A DNA stretch of 64,000 bases from Isurus oxyrinchus (GCA_026770705.1 JANJGN010000034.1:7378001-7442000); one strand, 5' to 3'; positions 12,964-26,579 are shown, numbered from the stretch's first letter. Translations and numbers: made by a program. Notes: a model not told the origin generated them from the sequence alone.

Positions 12964-12990
12964 AAGAAAACCTGAGCACGAAAAACAAAG
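12964..12990 (+). CDS. Microexon 5, 27 nt, EENLSTKNK
   Basis: ttttttttaaatccttgttcattacag|AAGAAAACCTGAGCACGAAAAACAAAG|gtaagc. Confidence 0.9.
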
Positions 12991-13169
12991 GTAAGCTGGT
13001 AAATATGTTTCAAGGTGATCAACGACTTTTTTTCTACTTATAAACTCTGCTCTTCGATCAACCATTCTTATATGTGACCTCGTGTAGAGTATTAAGTCAG
13101 GAAGTCAGAGAAATAGGCTACCTGGAGGGTTGAGCCAGTGGTGGATCTCAAGATAATAGCAACACAACC

Positions 13170-14200
13170 AGTCAATTTCTCCCGCCCTATCCCCGTCATC
13201 CTGTGAGATCCCTTCTGATGAGTTCTCACCCGATTGCCTTTTGAAGTTGTTCATCCTCTCCGTTCCACCAACCTAATAAAGTGCGAGTTCCGGGAATTTT
13301 CACTATTATTGTATAAGGATTCAGCCTCGCCTCCCCCCTGCATCGCATCAAAAACCTTACATGAGCATCCCCAAGTCCTTACATCATCACCCAATGGGCA
13401 CAGCTTTACTTTGTAAACCTGTCAAATTCTTCTACATCACTATGAAATCGCCATTCAATTTACTCTGCTCCAAGGATAACAACCCCAGCTCCTACAACCT
13501 TCCCTCTTAGGTTAATCTCACATCGTTCTGATGCATTATTCTGCACTTTGTCAAAAAAATTCAGGTCCTCCATAAAGGGCGGTGATGAAAATTCTTACGC
13601 AATGTTTTAATTGTGTTCAAACAAGAGCAATATAAGTGCTTCGTATATCTTCCATGCTTTTGTGCTCAAAATCTGTATTTCTGAAGCTCCACATCCCCAA
13701 TGCTTTGCTAATTCTTCGCTCAATGCACTGCACCATATTCACAGATCTATGTGCATGAATCCCATTAGCTATCTCTTACCTTGTTCGCTTTTAAGAACTG
13801 CTCCATTTAGATAATGTTGCTTCTCCCTACAGATCCTGCCCAAAACACATCTCAATTCTCTGTATTAAATCCCATTTTCCATGTTGCTGCCCATTTCGCT
13901 GGCCTATCAATAGGGTTATCAGTCTTGTTGTAGTCGATTGACATCAGCCTCACCTTATGGAACATTACTGCCTGCCATTCTCAAATCTGAAGGATAAACA
14001 TCCACCACAACTCGTTGTTCTTGTCCTCAAGCCATTAAAAAAACGAGTTGGCACAGATAAATATATTCTGCGACTCTCAGTTTTATTAACTGGCTTTTGA
14101 TGTGTTACTTTCTCCCACGCTGTCCTGAGCTCCATGTAGGCAATGCCCGATATTTCCCTTTGATTAGCCAATTATTATACGCTGTCACTCACGAGTGGTT
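13170..14200 (-). mobile_element. Decayed CR1 ORF2 3' region
   Basis: Reverse complement of CR1 motifs (ctctgctccaaggataacaaccccagc; tgtattaaatcccatttt). Confidence 0.6.
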
Positions 14201-14699
14201 GTGGCTTGGATATGATCTGTTGTTTGTGGAACCATTTATCTTTGTCTATTGCATCATGCTTCCGCTGTTTGTCATAAAAATTGTCCGGTGTTGTAGCTTC
14301 ACCAGGTTGCTACCTATTTTTATTACGTCTGCTGCTGCTCCTAACAAGGCATCCTACACTCTTGATTGAACCAGAGTTGGTCCCTTGGTTTTATGGTAAT
14401 GGTGGCGTGAGGGATATGACGGGTCATGAAGTTAAAGGTTCTGGTTGAAATTAACGTTGTAGCAGCTGGCCCAGAGTGTCTCAGAGTTGCCCACTGTTGT
14501 GCTGTCCGGCGCAATCTCTGTCTATTACACTTAGCTCTGCGGTTATACTACACAACATGATGGAGTATATGCTCAGTGTTAATATTGGTTATTGTTTTCG
14601 CAAGAACTTTTCAAAAAAGGGTGTAAGGATAAGCACATTAATTATCTTCTTTGCCTAACAGTTGAAACTCAGTAGCAGGAAAACGTTTTGAAACGATAA

Positions 14700-15265
14700 T
14701 TCAGTACAAAATCAGTTGTCAATTGGGTGAATGTGCATTAATTATGGAACACCAAAGACCATTTCTGAAGATTATTCGCTTCAACTATCATTCTTGAGTC
14801 ATTTAATGAGGGAAGTGAGAGGTTTGATAATGGTAATATTGTTCAGCTGGTGTGAAATTACTTCCAAATGGCATTTGATATAATACCGGAAACAGGATGG
14901 AATAAATATTGCCAGAACATGGACACAAAATTAACTCACTGACAGGAAACAAAATAATACGTAATGGATATTTTTGTGGACTGGGCGAAGCTTTTTAGTT
15001 GGGGTCCCCAAGCCTCGGCGTATGAACATTTGCTCTTTCTAAACTAATGTAAAGTAGACCTTGGTGTACAGGGAAGAATTTATAAATGTTGCCTGATGCG
15101 AAACTCGGAAGCATTCTGAGAACATTGAGGAGTATAGCGTGGAACTTCAAGAGGATATGGATAGCTTAGTGAAATAGACGGACTACTGGTGGATTACTTT
15201 TAATTCAGATAATTGTGAAGTGATTCATTTTGGTAGGAAGTACTCGGAATGACAATATCATATGA
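14700..15265 (+). mobile_element. Decayed CR1 reverse-transcriptase fragment
   Basis: Remnants of DF.KAFD (ttccaaatggcatttgat), GVPQ (ggggtccccaa), ADD.KL (gcctgatgcgaaactc) and KCEVIHFGRK (tgtgaagtgattcattttggtaggaag). Confidence 0.75.
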
Positions 15266-15559
15266 AACTGCCTGGCAGCACAGAGCTTGAGTGTTCTGAG
15301 ATGGTTGTGCTATCTTGGGTTTAGGCGTGGGGACCTCGTTAGTAGGCGGACTCTAGAGATGTCTCGATATCTGGTTAACATTTGTTGATTCGTATTACAT
15401 CTAGACAGGTTACAGAGTTGGATTGCTGCTCATAGGCATTTTGCTAATTTCTCTCTCGAGGTTTGTGCACATGGTACCAGTGGAACTTCATAATTTGTGT
15501 CACTAAATACCACATCCCATCTGTTAACCATGTATACTACCACAAATATTGCTGAAATG

Positions 15560-16020
15560 AAATGTTGTTGAATGTTTTCATCTTGCACTCATCAGCACTC
15601 ATCATAATAGCAAATTTCAAATTCAAAAACAATGTATACTGCATGGGAGAAGAATGTTAATTCTGTGGAAAGTGGACTATGATTGCAGGAGGGGCCCACA
15701 AAGCTTTAGTTTAAATTGAAAGAAAAAAATGCAAGTTGACTCCTATTGGTCGTGGCGATGACATGAGCAATGCATCAGGGAAAATGCTTTTGTTTCAATG
15801 TAAAAAATGTGCAACTGTTGGGCAATAACTCAGAACGTACTGTTCAACACATTAAAGTGATTTCGAAATTGGTGATCACATAGTGAACAATCCTGAGTTC
15901 TCTAAAAGTAACACTGACAACCAATTTAAGCTTGTCAGCTGGGCTCACAATATAGCACACTTACGCTTGAGTTAAGGTACATTCATGCAGAATCTGGGCC
16001 CTGCCAGCTGCAAGCAAAAA
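15560..16020 (+). mobile_element. Penelope-like element remnant (GIY-YIG endonuclease C-terminal region)
   Basis: 15860-16020 reads D.EIGDHIVNNPEFSKSNTDNQFKLVSWAHNIAHLRL...GP..CKQK, resembling the Penelope SAIxxH...F.I....LE..YI....P.L motif. Confidence 0.6.
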
Positions 16021-16679
16021 GGCCATAGCTTGGAATATAGGTTCGGAGGTCGGGCGCGCACTCAAACCGAAAGCACGTAAAACGGGCAGTTATGTCTATT
16101 AAACGCCTATTTGCCAATATTTTACGTTGCCTGCGCGATTTTGAGCTCATACCGCTGGCAGAACAGGCAGCCAAAGAGCATTTTGTTTTTAATCAACTTA
16201 TCATCTAAGGCTGATAAAACGCTTCTGGAACAAAAGCGCTTTCAGTTTCCTTTTTATTTTTTCTGATGTCCTGTTTCTGAATTTTTGCCATATTTTCCTT
16301 TGTTTGTCCTAGCTTTCTAAATTGGATCACCTATAAGTTTATGCCGATGTTCTGACAAAATAGATCGGCCTATACAAACCCATGGGGAACATTGTCGTTT
16401 TCAAAATGTTTTGCTCTTGACAATCCACAGCCATTTGGCATATTGCAACTGTGAATCGCCTGGGAGCGATTCTACACCTGCTTCCGGGCCCGCCCACCTA
16501 GCTCTGACGCCAAGCGTGAAATTCACGCCCATGTCTGGATTTTTTTGCAGAAAAATAAAGTGTCCAATTCTAAAGCGTGTACAGGAGCAGACGGATCTGG
16601 TTCTATGTCTGCCCGTGTCACTGATGTTGGCAGGGAGGTTTGTGAGCAATAAAGCTCATTGCCATCCTACGTTTTATTA

Positions 16680-17250
16680 ATAAGGCCATAGATTAGCCAA
16701 GACAGCAAGTTATGTTAACTTGTGTAGAATACAGCTTCGGGCCCAAATGGAGTACTGTGTCCAATTCCCGTCGCCGTACTTTAGCAAAGAGGTGAAGTTC
16801 TCAAATAAAGCGCAGAAACGGGTCATAATAATATTTGAATCGTTTTCTTTGGAAATTCGAAGACTGCAAGTAGGGTTGATGAAGTTATAAAATCATCATG
16901 GCGTGATGGTATAGATCGGAAATCAACTGTTCAAGTTAGTGGACGGATCAGGTAGAAGATGACACAGGTTTAAGGTAATAGGCAAAATCAAGCAATGGAA
17001 ACATGAGCAAAAGCTTTTTAACGCAGTGAATGGTTGGGGTTTGTAATGCACTGCCCGGGACTCTGCTGGAAGCAGGTTCAATTCAGTAATTTAGGAGACA
17101 TTTGATTCACTATTTCAAAAGAAGAATATGCAGGGCTTCTTGGAGAATGTGGAAAAGTGGTACTAGGTCAATTGCTCCTTCTGAGAGGCAGCACAGACAC
17201 GTCGACCAGAATAGCTTCCTGTGCTGTAAACAATCTGTGACTGTGTGGTG
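16680..17250 (+). mobile_element. Decayed CR1 3' end
   Basis: R.QMEYCVQF..PYFSK (atggagtactgtgtccaattc) through tttttaacgcagtgaatggttggggtttgtaatgcactgcc to a ctgtgactgtg tail. Confidence 0.75.
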
Positions 17251-17329
17251 GTCATTTCTACCTATGTTGTCATAGGCAGATGAAGCTGCATCAGGAAGCC
17301 TGACAGCACAGGTTCTATTACACCTGTCG

Positions 17330-18120
17330 TGGGCCGGGTATGTCCTTCAAGATTCGACCAGCCTTGTCAGTAGTGATGCTACACTTGATGATGGTCATTG
17401 AAATCGTCCCTTAGCTAGTGTGCGTTCTATGTCGTTGCCACCCTCAGTACTTCCTCCAAGTGTTATCTGGGATGGAGGAGTCCTGATTCAACAGCTGAGG
17501 GAGGGCAGGAGGTCAAAATCAGTGGGACCAGGTTTCACGTGATTAATTTAGCCTCCATGTGGTTCGAAGCCAATGTGGAGGACTCACAGGCAGCTTCCTC
17601 CCGACTGTAAGTCAGCAGTGGTAATGTTGTTTTCTGGGACAGTTGCTCTAAGTGATGGTTCCTTGAACATGACAGCTCCTAATTTTTGGCACAACCCTCC
17701 GAGAATTACTAAGGAGAGCTTTGCAGTGTTGACATGTTTCCCTCTGCCATGGCCGTTTCCTTGTGCTTAAGCGAATGCCAGGTGGCCGGTCCAGTTTTAT
17801 TTCTTTTTGACTTTTCTGTAACCATTTGTTACGACCGACTGGCTTGTTAGTCCATTTCAGTAAGCAGTTCAGAATAATTCTGAAGTCACATATAAGCCAA
17901 GGAAAGCATGAGCTGTTCATCTCCTACATAAAAGACATAATTGAACCAAACGGATTTATGACAGTCAATGAGAAATTATTTGCACCGCGCTAAGTCTACC
18001 TTTCAAATATGTTTTTAAAAAAAACGAAAACAATGTCTTATCTGAAGCCGTGACCTCAAGGCAATTAATCTGGATCACTGGTTTACACCTGCAATGACAT
18101 CACAACTATGCCTCCATCTC
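17330..18120 (-). mobile_element. Family A LINE endonuclease/5' remnant with an adjacent SINE-like segment
   Basis: Decayed sequence similar in reverse to 41045-41250; boundaries approximate. Confidence 0.45.
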
Positions 18121-18174
18121 CCACTTAGCAAAACAAGGGAAAAGTAAAAGGGGTTGTATCCAATTATCCAATTA

Positions 18175-18305
18175 AAGTGAAGTACTGCGGTTGCTGGAAA
18201 TGTGAATAAAACAGGGAATGCTGGAAGAACCAAACAGGTATTATAACATCTGTGGAAAGAGAAACGACTTAATGTTTCGAGTCTAAGATCAATCTTGTTC
18301 AGAAC
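18175..18305. mobile_element. Penelope-type repeat remnant
   Basis: tactgcggttgctggaaatgtgaataaaacagggaatgctggaag...ttaatgtttcgagtc...ttcagaac. Confidence 0.6.
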
Positions 18306-18983
18306 AATTATATTGGATAAGGGTCAAATGTTGGCCTGGGTCAAAGGAGGATGGGGACATCTGCTTTGAATTTGCGCCCAGTTGATCTCCTCAGTGAGAG
18401 GGGAGATGGGACATTGAATTTAACACTGATCCAAAGAGTCAGCCCCATCAATGCAGTGCCCTCTCATTAGTGTCCCGCTGATGGCGCGGTACCCGCTCAG
18501 GACGAACATTGGGAGTTTTGGTGCAATTGGTGGTTAATGTCGTCGGAATGAGGCTTGTCACCACAACCCTGAATTCAAAAGTATTGGATGTAAGATAAAA
18601 GGGTATGACAGCGCAATAATTCCTTTCTGTTGCTCAAGGCGGATTTCGAAACCCATTTTTAAAAGACGTATTGTTTCTGGTATAAATCTGTTGATTTCAC
18701 TTCTCACCCCAGTAAATTAATGGACTCAATATTGAGACTACGCTATCGCAGGTGGTCAGATCAATCCAGCCTATTGCAATTCAACGACCTTTCGCCACCC
18801 TATTTCAATTTGGCGTGTTGCAAACCGACATTATCTAACGATACCTAGATGAAGATTCCCACAATGCGTGGGTTAAAGTTCCAGACAATCCCATTTATGT
18901 AGCTGGCATTTTTATTAATTCTGTCCCACGCTCCTTCCGCTAACCACCCATGCCAGCTGATTTTTCTTATTCCTTCTCTGTAG

Positions 18984-19019
18984 ACATCCTGAAACTGAAA
19001 GAAAACATCGATGATCAAG
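18984..19019 (+). CDS. Microexon 6, 36 nt, DILKLKENIDDQ
   Basis: gctgatttttcttattccttctctgtag|ACATCCTGAAACTGAAAGAAAACATCGATGATCAAG|gtgagc. Confidence 0.9.
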
Positions 19020-19524
19020 GTGAGCCTTAATTGTTCCTCTCAAGATGGCTTACCAGACGTTTTATATCTCTGCCTTCCACATGTGGAGTCATCATTTAAT
19101 CCTGTGTCATTATGATGCAGAAGCAATCTGAACATTATTTCAGTTGATTCCCTCATTGTGCAAGCCGATGGCACAAATGCTAATGTAAGATTAACTGATA
19201 TGGTGTTAAATGGGGATTGATCAAAAGAAGCAGAAATACCGTGGACTGTTGTTGTTTTGTTTGCCAGCACTCACTCCTCACTATTCATCTTGCTAACACC
19301 AATAGAACCGACTTTCAGAGGTGTAACTTAAAGTGGGAGAATAATGACTGCGACTCTTTCAGGACCCCTTGCTGGGAAGAATCGGAGAAATCTGTGATTT
19401 CTGTTTGGGATTCAGATTGCACCACTGTGCCGTTCAGCACATGCTTAAAAAATCACAGCACAATGGATCCGTTTGGACACATCTTACTTGCAATGGTTTG
19501 AAATTTGATTGTTTATCATTGCAT

Positions 19525-20100
19525 TTAAACCACACAGAAGCAGGCCATTCGGTCCAAATAAATCAGATCTATCTCCATGCTCCACACGAGTCTTTCCCAA
19601 CATTCCCATGGCAGTTTAATAAACTGTTCTTTTCCCCTTAATGCATCAGCTCTCCACCCCTTACATGGACCTCTGTTATTTTCCTCAAATATCCTTCGGG
19701 TAGGAAACTCCAGTGTCTCACCGCTCTCTCGGTAAAGAATGTTTATCCTGAATGCTTTATTAGATTTATTAACAACCTTCTTATATTTATGATGACTAAT
19801 GGTGAACTCCACGCATGTGAAAATTATTTTCTGCGTCAATATTGCCTGCCAGCTTCACAATTTGAGGCACTTTCCTTTCGTCACCCCTCAGTCTTGAACT
19901 TACTGAGAAAAATGTCCTTTCCTGATAGATATAGCCTCGCAGTTCTGGTATCAACTTAGCGGGTACTTTATTCACCTTATCCGATGCCTCAACATTATTC
20001 TGCCTATTTGTTTTTTTTTTTGAAACATGGAGGGAGGAACTGTGCAAATGTGCTTTGTCTAACCAAAGCATATTAATCCAGTGTTGTGCCTCGTGGTCCA
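19525..20100 (-). mobile_element. Decayed CR1 3' end
   Basis: Minus ORFs contain IPELRGYIYQER..RLRGD and HKYKKVVNKSNKAFRINIL. Confidence 0.7.
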
Positions 20101-20288
20101 AATGCGATTTGAACAAGCTTTGTTTTTCTTCCATTTAGTCCTATTTGTGATGATCCAGATAACTTGAGAAATTATCAAATCATTCTCAGGCTACAATGTA
20201 ACATTACATTCCCTGAAGTGCGTGAATATGTCCATGCTGTTCATACAATCATGAATGTGACGCATTATTCCATCAATATTCCTATTAG

Positions 20289-20315
20289 AACAAGAAATGG
20301 CCAAGAAGGACAGAG
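20289..20315 (+). CDS. Microexon 7, 27 nt, EQEMAKKDR
   Basis: ttattccatcaatattcctattag|AACAAGAAATGGCCAAGAAGGACAGAG|gtaatg. Confidence 0.88.
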
Positions 20316-21324
20316 GTAATGTTATTACCCTTTATATTGGAGAATATTTCTTCCAAAATTATTCTGCTATCGCTCACGGCTATACGATCACATTTCACAC
20401 AGAGAGGTTAATTTTACCTTCCAGATAACTCCTTATGTGTATCTTCTAATACCCCAGTAAAGTGATTGCTGAGGTGTTTATCAGTATCTCTTAATATTAG
20501 TGCCAATGTCGGTTCACCGATCAAATTACCTGAACATTCTACTGCATCACTTTCTCGCCTGTATGGAAGTTATGAAAAGAGACAAGGAACTCAACAACAA
20601 TGAAGTTATCCTAAATCTTCATAAATCAAAATCTGTGACCCACACGGAAAATTCACTCAATTTATGAGTGCCACAATTTCATAAGGATTCCATGGACTTG
20701 GGCAGCAAGAAAATGAGATTCAACAGAAAGGAATCAGTTGCCTGGAAACTTTTGCTTGGAGCATTTTTTGAGGACAGGTTTACGAAATATATTGAAAATT
20801 AGAATGAATCTTGAAAAATCGCACAGAGAGAAATTATTCACACTAAAAGTAAGTCGGCAACCACAGTACACAGATTTAAGGTAATTAGCAAAATGTGGAT
20901 GACAGCTTGTTGCTTATTCAGGTTCTCCTTGGCTATGTATTGCACCACCGAAAGAGAGATGGTCGCAGGATCAGTGCTAGCTGGCGAAAGAGTATTTGGC
21001 AGATGCTTTGAGACAAATAACTGGAGGGTACAAAGGAATTGATTCCACAGCATTTTCAAAGACCTGTCTCAATCAGGGTGGCTGTAGGAGTAAATATGAT
21101 GTGTTGTTTTGAGCGCCTCTTGTGCTCGCTGCTTCATATTAAATTCCATTGAATAGAAAACTGGGCAGAAAATATAACCACTGAACAACTCTGTATTGCC
21201 CCTTTTGTGTTACTGACGAGGTTTGATCTATCTATATTCAGTTGGAATCACCAAGCAATGATTTTTCTATGTACTGTCAGATTATATTAACACTTCTTTC
21301 CTGTTCTCCCACTCCTGCCCCAAG

Positions 21325-21360
21325 AACTGGAGAAGCTAAGGAAGAAGCTTCAAGATTGCA
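21325..21360 (+). CDS. Microexon 8, 36 nt, ELEKLRKKLQDC, with non-canonical or lost donor (GAAAGC)
   Basis: ttctttcctgttctcccactcctgccccaag|AACTGGAGAAGCTAAGGAAGAAGCTTCAAGATTGCA|gaaagc. 9/12 aa identical to exon 4. The donor is one base from GTAAGC; whether it is spliced is unknown. Confidence 0.7.
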
Positions 21361-21419
21361 GAAAGCACAGAAAAAATGAAAATCCATTGCTTTGAATTTT
21401 GAATATCATTGCATGGAGC

Positions 21420-21815
21420 GGCAACCTGATCGAGGTGTCCAAGATTATGAGGGGCATGGACCAGGTGGCTGGGGGCAGTTGTTCCCCTTAGTTGAAGGGT
21501 CAGTCATAAGGAGACATAAGTTCAAGGTGAGGGTCAGGAGGTTTAGGGGGTATGTGAGGAAAAACCTTTTTACCCAGAGGGGGGTGAAGGTCTGGAATGC
21601 GCTGCCTGGGAGGGTGGTGGATGCAGGTTGCGTTACATCCTTTAAAAAGTACCTCGATGAGCACTTGGCAGTTCATAACATTCAAGGCTATGGGCGAACT
21701 GCTGGTAAATGGGATCAGGTAGGTATATCAGGTGTTTCTCACATGTCGGTGCAGACTCGAAGGGCCGAAGGTCCTCTTATGCATTGTGTGTTTCTGTGAT
21801 TCTGTGATCTGTGAT
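21420..21815 (+). mobile_element. Relatively young 5'-truncated CR1 insertion
   Basis: QLFPLVEGSVIRRHKFKV..RFRGYVRKNLFTQRGVKVWNALPGRVVDAG..TSFKKYLDEHL, then the CR1 octamer tail ttctgtgattctgtgatctgtgatt. Confidence 0.9.
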
Positions 21816-24249
21816 TTATTGCACAGATGTATCAACTGCTTCTTCCCTAAAGCATTACGGGTGAAATTAGGCACTGTTGCAAGGCCTCTCCTATAGAATC
21901 CATTATCTGATATAAACCCGCTCCATATTAAACTCGGTTAATGTTAACACAACTCAATATCGTGCGCCTGAATTGATTCCGCTCAGTTAACACTTCAGAC
22001 CACGGCTCAGTTACAGGTCATTAAGCTGAAAGGCATCAATACTGAAATAGCAGTAAGGTTTAAGCAAAATAAACAAACAAACAAACAAAAAAGAGGAGAA
22101 GCTAAACCGCTTGAGCTATGAGGTAAGATTGAATAGTCGAACATTATATTTCCTTAATTATAAAAGTTTTTTTCCCAGTGACGCAAATGTGTTTTCCAAT
22201 TTGTTTAGTTCATGGGTAGAGATGTACTGAGGAACTATTTACTCTGGTTTAGTGTCTAGAACAAGGTCATAACATAAATTGAAATGCAATCCTTTAATAT
22301 GTCTGCATACGTTTCCTCCGTTAAGCTGTCGTGAAAATCAGGCAGGATCTCCCCGCAAGTTGCGGCGGCAGCAAGTTCAATACAGAGCTTCAAAACTGAG
22401 ACTGATAGATTGCTGTTAGGTTAAGTGAGTTACTTCTTCTTCTGGTGAAGTGGGTAGTTAAAGTTACGACAAAGATCAGCCATGGCATAATTGAAGAACT
22501 GAGCTGCGCATCAGGCTGGAAGCTGCTGGATGGATTACCCATGTTCCAATATCTTGGAATTGCCATGCCAGCATCGTGTAACTTGGCCACTGCATCAGCT
22601 CATCTGCTGCAGGCGCATTCCTTCCTGTTGTAGTCAACCTTACAATTGACTATTCAGACTCTAGCCTGGTCTCCTACGTTCTACCTTCCATACACTCGAG
22701 GTTCCCTAAAACTCGACGACCCGGATCCTAACTGAATCACACCATCTCAGTAACTTTACTGCGCATAAGGAGGCCATTCGGCCCGTCGTGTCGGCACTGG
22801 CTCTCGAAAAGAGCATTCCACCTAACCCTACTTGCCTGCTTTATCCCTGTAACATTGCACACTCTTTCTTTTCAGATAGCAATCCAATTCACTTATGGAT
22901 ATTTCAATCGAACCTGCCTGCACCACCCCCTCAGGTGAAATTGAACCAAGTTCGATTTAATGATCTCTCCCCGTGATCGTTAACCTATATTTGCTCCCGG
23001 TTCAAGCAAAGGATTCATTATAAAATGCTCACCGAAGTACCACCATGGCCTCTCCTCACCCTATCCCCCTCATCTCTTTCAGCCACACAATTATTAAAGA
23101 TCCGGGCCTTCAGCCAATTTGGGCCTCTTGACATGGACAAATACTAATTGCTGGACCATTGAGAACCATGTGCGAAGTTATCTCAGACCTAAGCTGTGAC
23201 ATTCCATTCAAAACAACTTTCTGACTGACTAAGTTTCATTCATCGTTGAACATGATTCTTAAAACATACCCCTTTGAGCAAGAGTTCGCCGATCTGTCTT
23301 AAAATGCGGTTCCTTGTTGAATTGCCATTGTTAAACACTCGTGTAGAATGTTCATTAATTTAAACGATTGTTTATGTTGTTATGATCTAAATTATCATTC
23401 ATGTCCATTTTAGAACAAAAACAAATCATAAAAGGAAAAGTTAAAAAGAGAGAATGAATTCATTGTGACAATGCTTCTTTTTTATTATTGCTTCAGTGAT
23501 TTCTGCTTCCCCTTATCAGAAATATCTTTACAATCAGGTTTTCGAGTACAGTTATCAGGTTTTGCTACTCAATCTATAGAAAACGCATGGATGTCTTTTT
23601 GTCCCTGACCAAGAAGCTGGAGGTTCAAAACTTCCTTCAAGATTTGATGCCCACTCAATGTGCGTCCATTATGTGGCCAAGGAGGCTGTTTAGCTGCCTG
23701 TAAATCCCTCCATTCCTCTTGATGACAAGCTATAAGAGGAAAAGAGTTTCTTAGTCAGTCACACTGCATAAGGAAATGGCAAACCACTGCAGTAATTCAC
23801 CAAATATAAGCATGGAGCAAGCAATGGCAACAATCTTGAGCATTGCCATGAGGAGAAAAGATTGGGTTTACCACTCTTTTTGAGTTTCCTATTTTCAGCT
23901 CTTCTTCCCTGCTGCACTTATGTATTAGACTTTCATTCCATGACATTCCCAGGCGCGAACCTGGCTGTGCAACCTTTCCTTCTCTAACTATTCGAAGCAA
24001 TATTTCACATCGTGGAAACTCCCAGCATACTCATTTGGCTACTGGCAGCATTGCAAAATGTGGACTGTCATGTATTGAAGCAATGTGTCCGCCTCAGCCG
24101 GAAGTGGGAGTGTCCATTAATGACTGAACAACGTTCAGTCCCATTCGCAATTGATCAGATCCTGAAGGAGCCCTTGTCCATTGACTGAAAAGGTGCAAAC
24201 TACGATCCTACCACATACAAGCCAGAAGAAAAAAACTGCAAGACAGAAT

Positions 24250-24945
24250 TGGATTTACTCCCCTTGACATTCAATGGCTTGCCATCGATGAATCCCTAAG
24301 TATCAACATCCTCAGTGTTAGCATTGACCAGAAACATAACTCGACAAGCCATAAAAGTACGGTGCCTGCTAGGGGAGGTCAGAGGTGGGGAACTGCAGTG
24401 AGCAACCAACCTCCTGAATCCCAAAGCCGGCTCAACATTCCCAAGGCACCAGTCAAGAGTTTTAAAGAATGTTCTCCACTTGCCTGAATCAGTGCAACTC
24501 CAGGAACGCTCAAAACTGCCAGTTAATCCCAGGGCAAAGCATTCTGCTTGACTGGTGCCGCATTCAACACCTTAAACATTCACTCCCTGCACCACTGATG
24601 CAGTAAGACAGCATTGATTCCCAGACATAAGATGCACTGCAACAATTCAGCAAGACTTCTTCAGCAACACATTCCAAACCAGTGAACTCTAACACTTAGA
24701 AGGACAAGGGTAGCAGATACATGCACCACCATCTGCCAGTTGCTCCCCAAAGCACATGCCACCCTGACTTGGAGCGATATTGGTGTTCCTTCACTGTCAC
24801 TGGGTCAAGATCATGGAATATCGTTTCTAGCAACACTTTGGGTGTACTTGCACAAAATGGACTTCAGTGTTTTTCAAGAAAGCGGCTCACCATGAGCTTC
24901 TCAGAGGAAATTATTCACAGGAATTAAATGCAGGCCTATCAGGAG
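24250..24945 (+). mobile_element. Family A LINE 3' ~700 bp
   Basis: Remnants of PLTFNG..I.ES..INIL.V.IDQK, IHSLHH and HPDLERY.CSFTVTGSRSWN. Confidence 0.75.
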
Positions 24946-26579
24946 TGCAAATAATTTTCAGTGCGATTAGTTCTAATTCATTTGAAATTCATGGTGTATA
25001 TGTCCAATTTGCTTAACATTTCTTCAATAGTCAACACTCTCACCCCTGGAACAAAACTAATTGTGACCTTAAATACGAAGACAAAAAACCGCCCATAGTA
25101 CTCCAGATGTGGGCTCACCAAAGCTCAGTCCAAATGTATCAAGACTTTCTTATGATTTTACGGCGATACCCTTGAAATCAAGACGAGCATGGCGTTTTTC
25201 AGTTTAATTTGCTGATGAACCTGAATATTCATTTTCTTTTACGCTTGTAGGAGTTGATCCAAGTTTCTCTGAGCATTTTCATCTCTAACTTTCAAGACAC
25301 TTCAACTATTCTGCATTTCTATTTGTGTTATCAAAGTGGATTACCTCACATTTCGCTACTTTGTACTGCATCTGTCATATTGTTTCTCCTTCAATTCACC
25401 TGCATATATTCATTTTCAGTCTCTTTGCGTTCTCCTTACCGTTACATTCCAAGAAGGTTTGCTAATTTAAGTGCGATGCTCTTTGTTTCTAAGTGGAAGT
25501 CAATAGTGTGGATTGGTTTCTAACTTGAAGTCAATAGCATATCTTAGTCTCTAACTGGAAGTTATAAGTATAGATTGTAAACAGATGGGTCCATCACTGT
25601 TCCCTGTGACACTACAATTAGCTTTCTACTAATTATATGCTCGAGGTCCTAATATATCCCTCAAACAAAATGTTCCTTGCGTCAAACTGTGTTTTTGAGC
25701 GAAATGTTACGAGTTCCTAACACTTCCAGAATTTCCCAGAGATTATTGTGAGTCTAACTGACCTGAATATTTATTTCCTCTACCACATCAGCCCCCACCC
25801 CTTTCCGGAATAGTGGGATTACTTAATTTATGTTCGAATATACTGGGACTATTCTTTCATCTGTGGAACTTCGAAAACTGCTGACCAGTTTATCCACCAA
25901 ATAGATCATTATGTGAAACTCTAGGTTATCAGCGAGCAGGTCAGCTTTAGTCATTTAAGTTTATTCAATACCTTGTGTCTGCTGGTACTAATTATATTGG
26001 GACTCCCTCTTTTCAGAGATATCAATTATGTCTTTAGTTTGAAGACAGACAAAAATAAATGCACATTTTTTATTCAGACATGGGATTCAAACCTCATGTT
26101 ATTGCCTTCTGTTTCTATCTCTGCAGAATGGCCATAGGAAGCTGTTGTCTCATTTCATCCGCTAATGAAACCTTCATATTTGCCTGTGTTTCCTCCAGAT
26201 TCAACTACTCCAAAACATTTGCATCTGATTCCCACTTTCACCCTTAAAAACGTGAGATCACAAGAACTCTGCTTGTTCTCTCCTGAATTGCAGCAAGCCA
26301 TGGGCTCCTCTCATCCATGCTCACTGGGCTATATTGGCACCCAATCAAGGAATGTACTGGATTTTAAAATGTTAATCCTTGTTTCTAAATCCATCTAGGG
26401 ACTTGTACCCGATACTTCTGTAATCTCACCCATACTCTGAGTTACCTTCCCTCCTCTGGCGTCTAGTGCTCAGCACGTTGAATCAATATGCGACAGCTGA
26501 CGTGATACATTGACCAAAAAATCTAGAACACATCTAAACCCCTCTACGTCACGCTGCCCCTGTAAGCGCTCCTCAAAAC

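Noticed and set aside
22017-22052. 36-nt AG..GTAAGG segment
   Set aside because: It has a TAA stop in phase 1; it is open only in a phase incompatible with the gene.
22094-22122. EEKLNRLSY-like segment before a GTAAGA
   Set aside because: No pyrimidine tract; the length is 29 nt (the 27-nt version has a stop); it is the CR1 LSYEERL motif.
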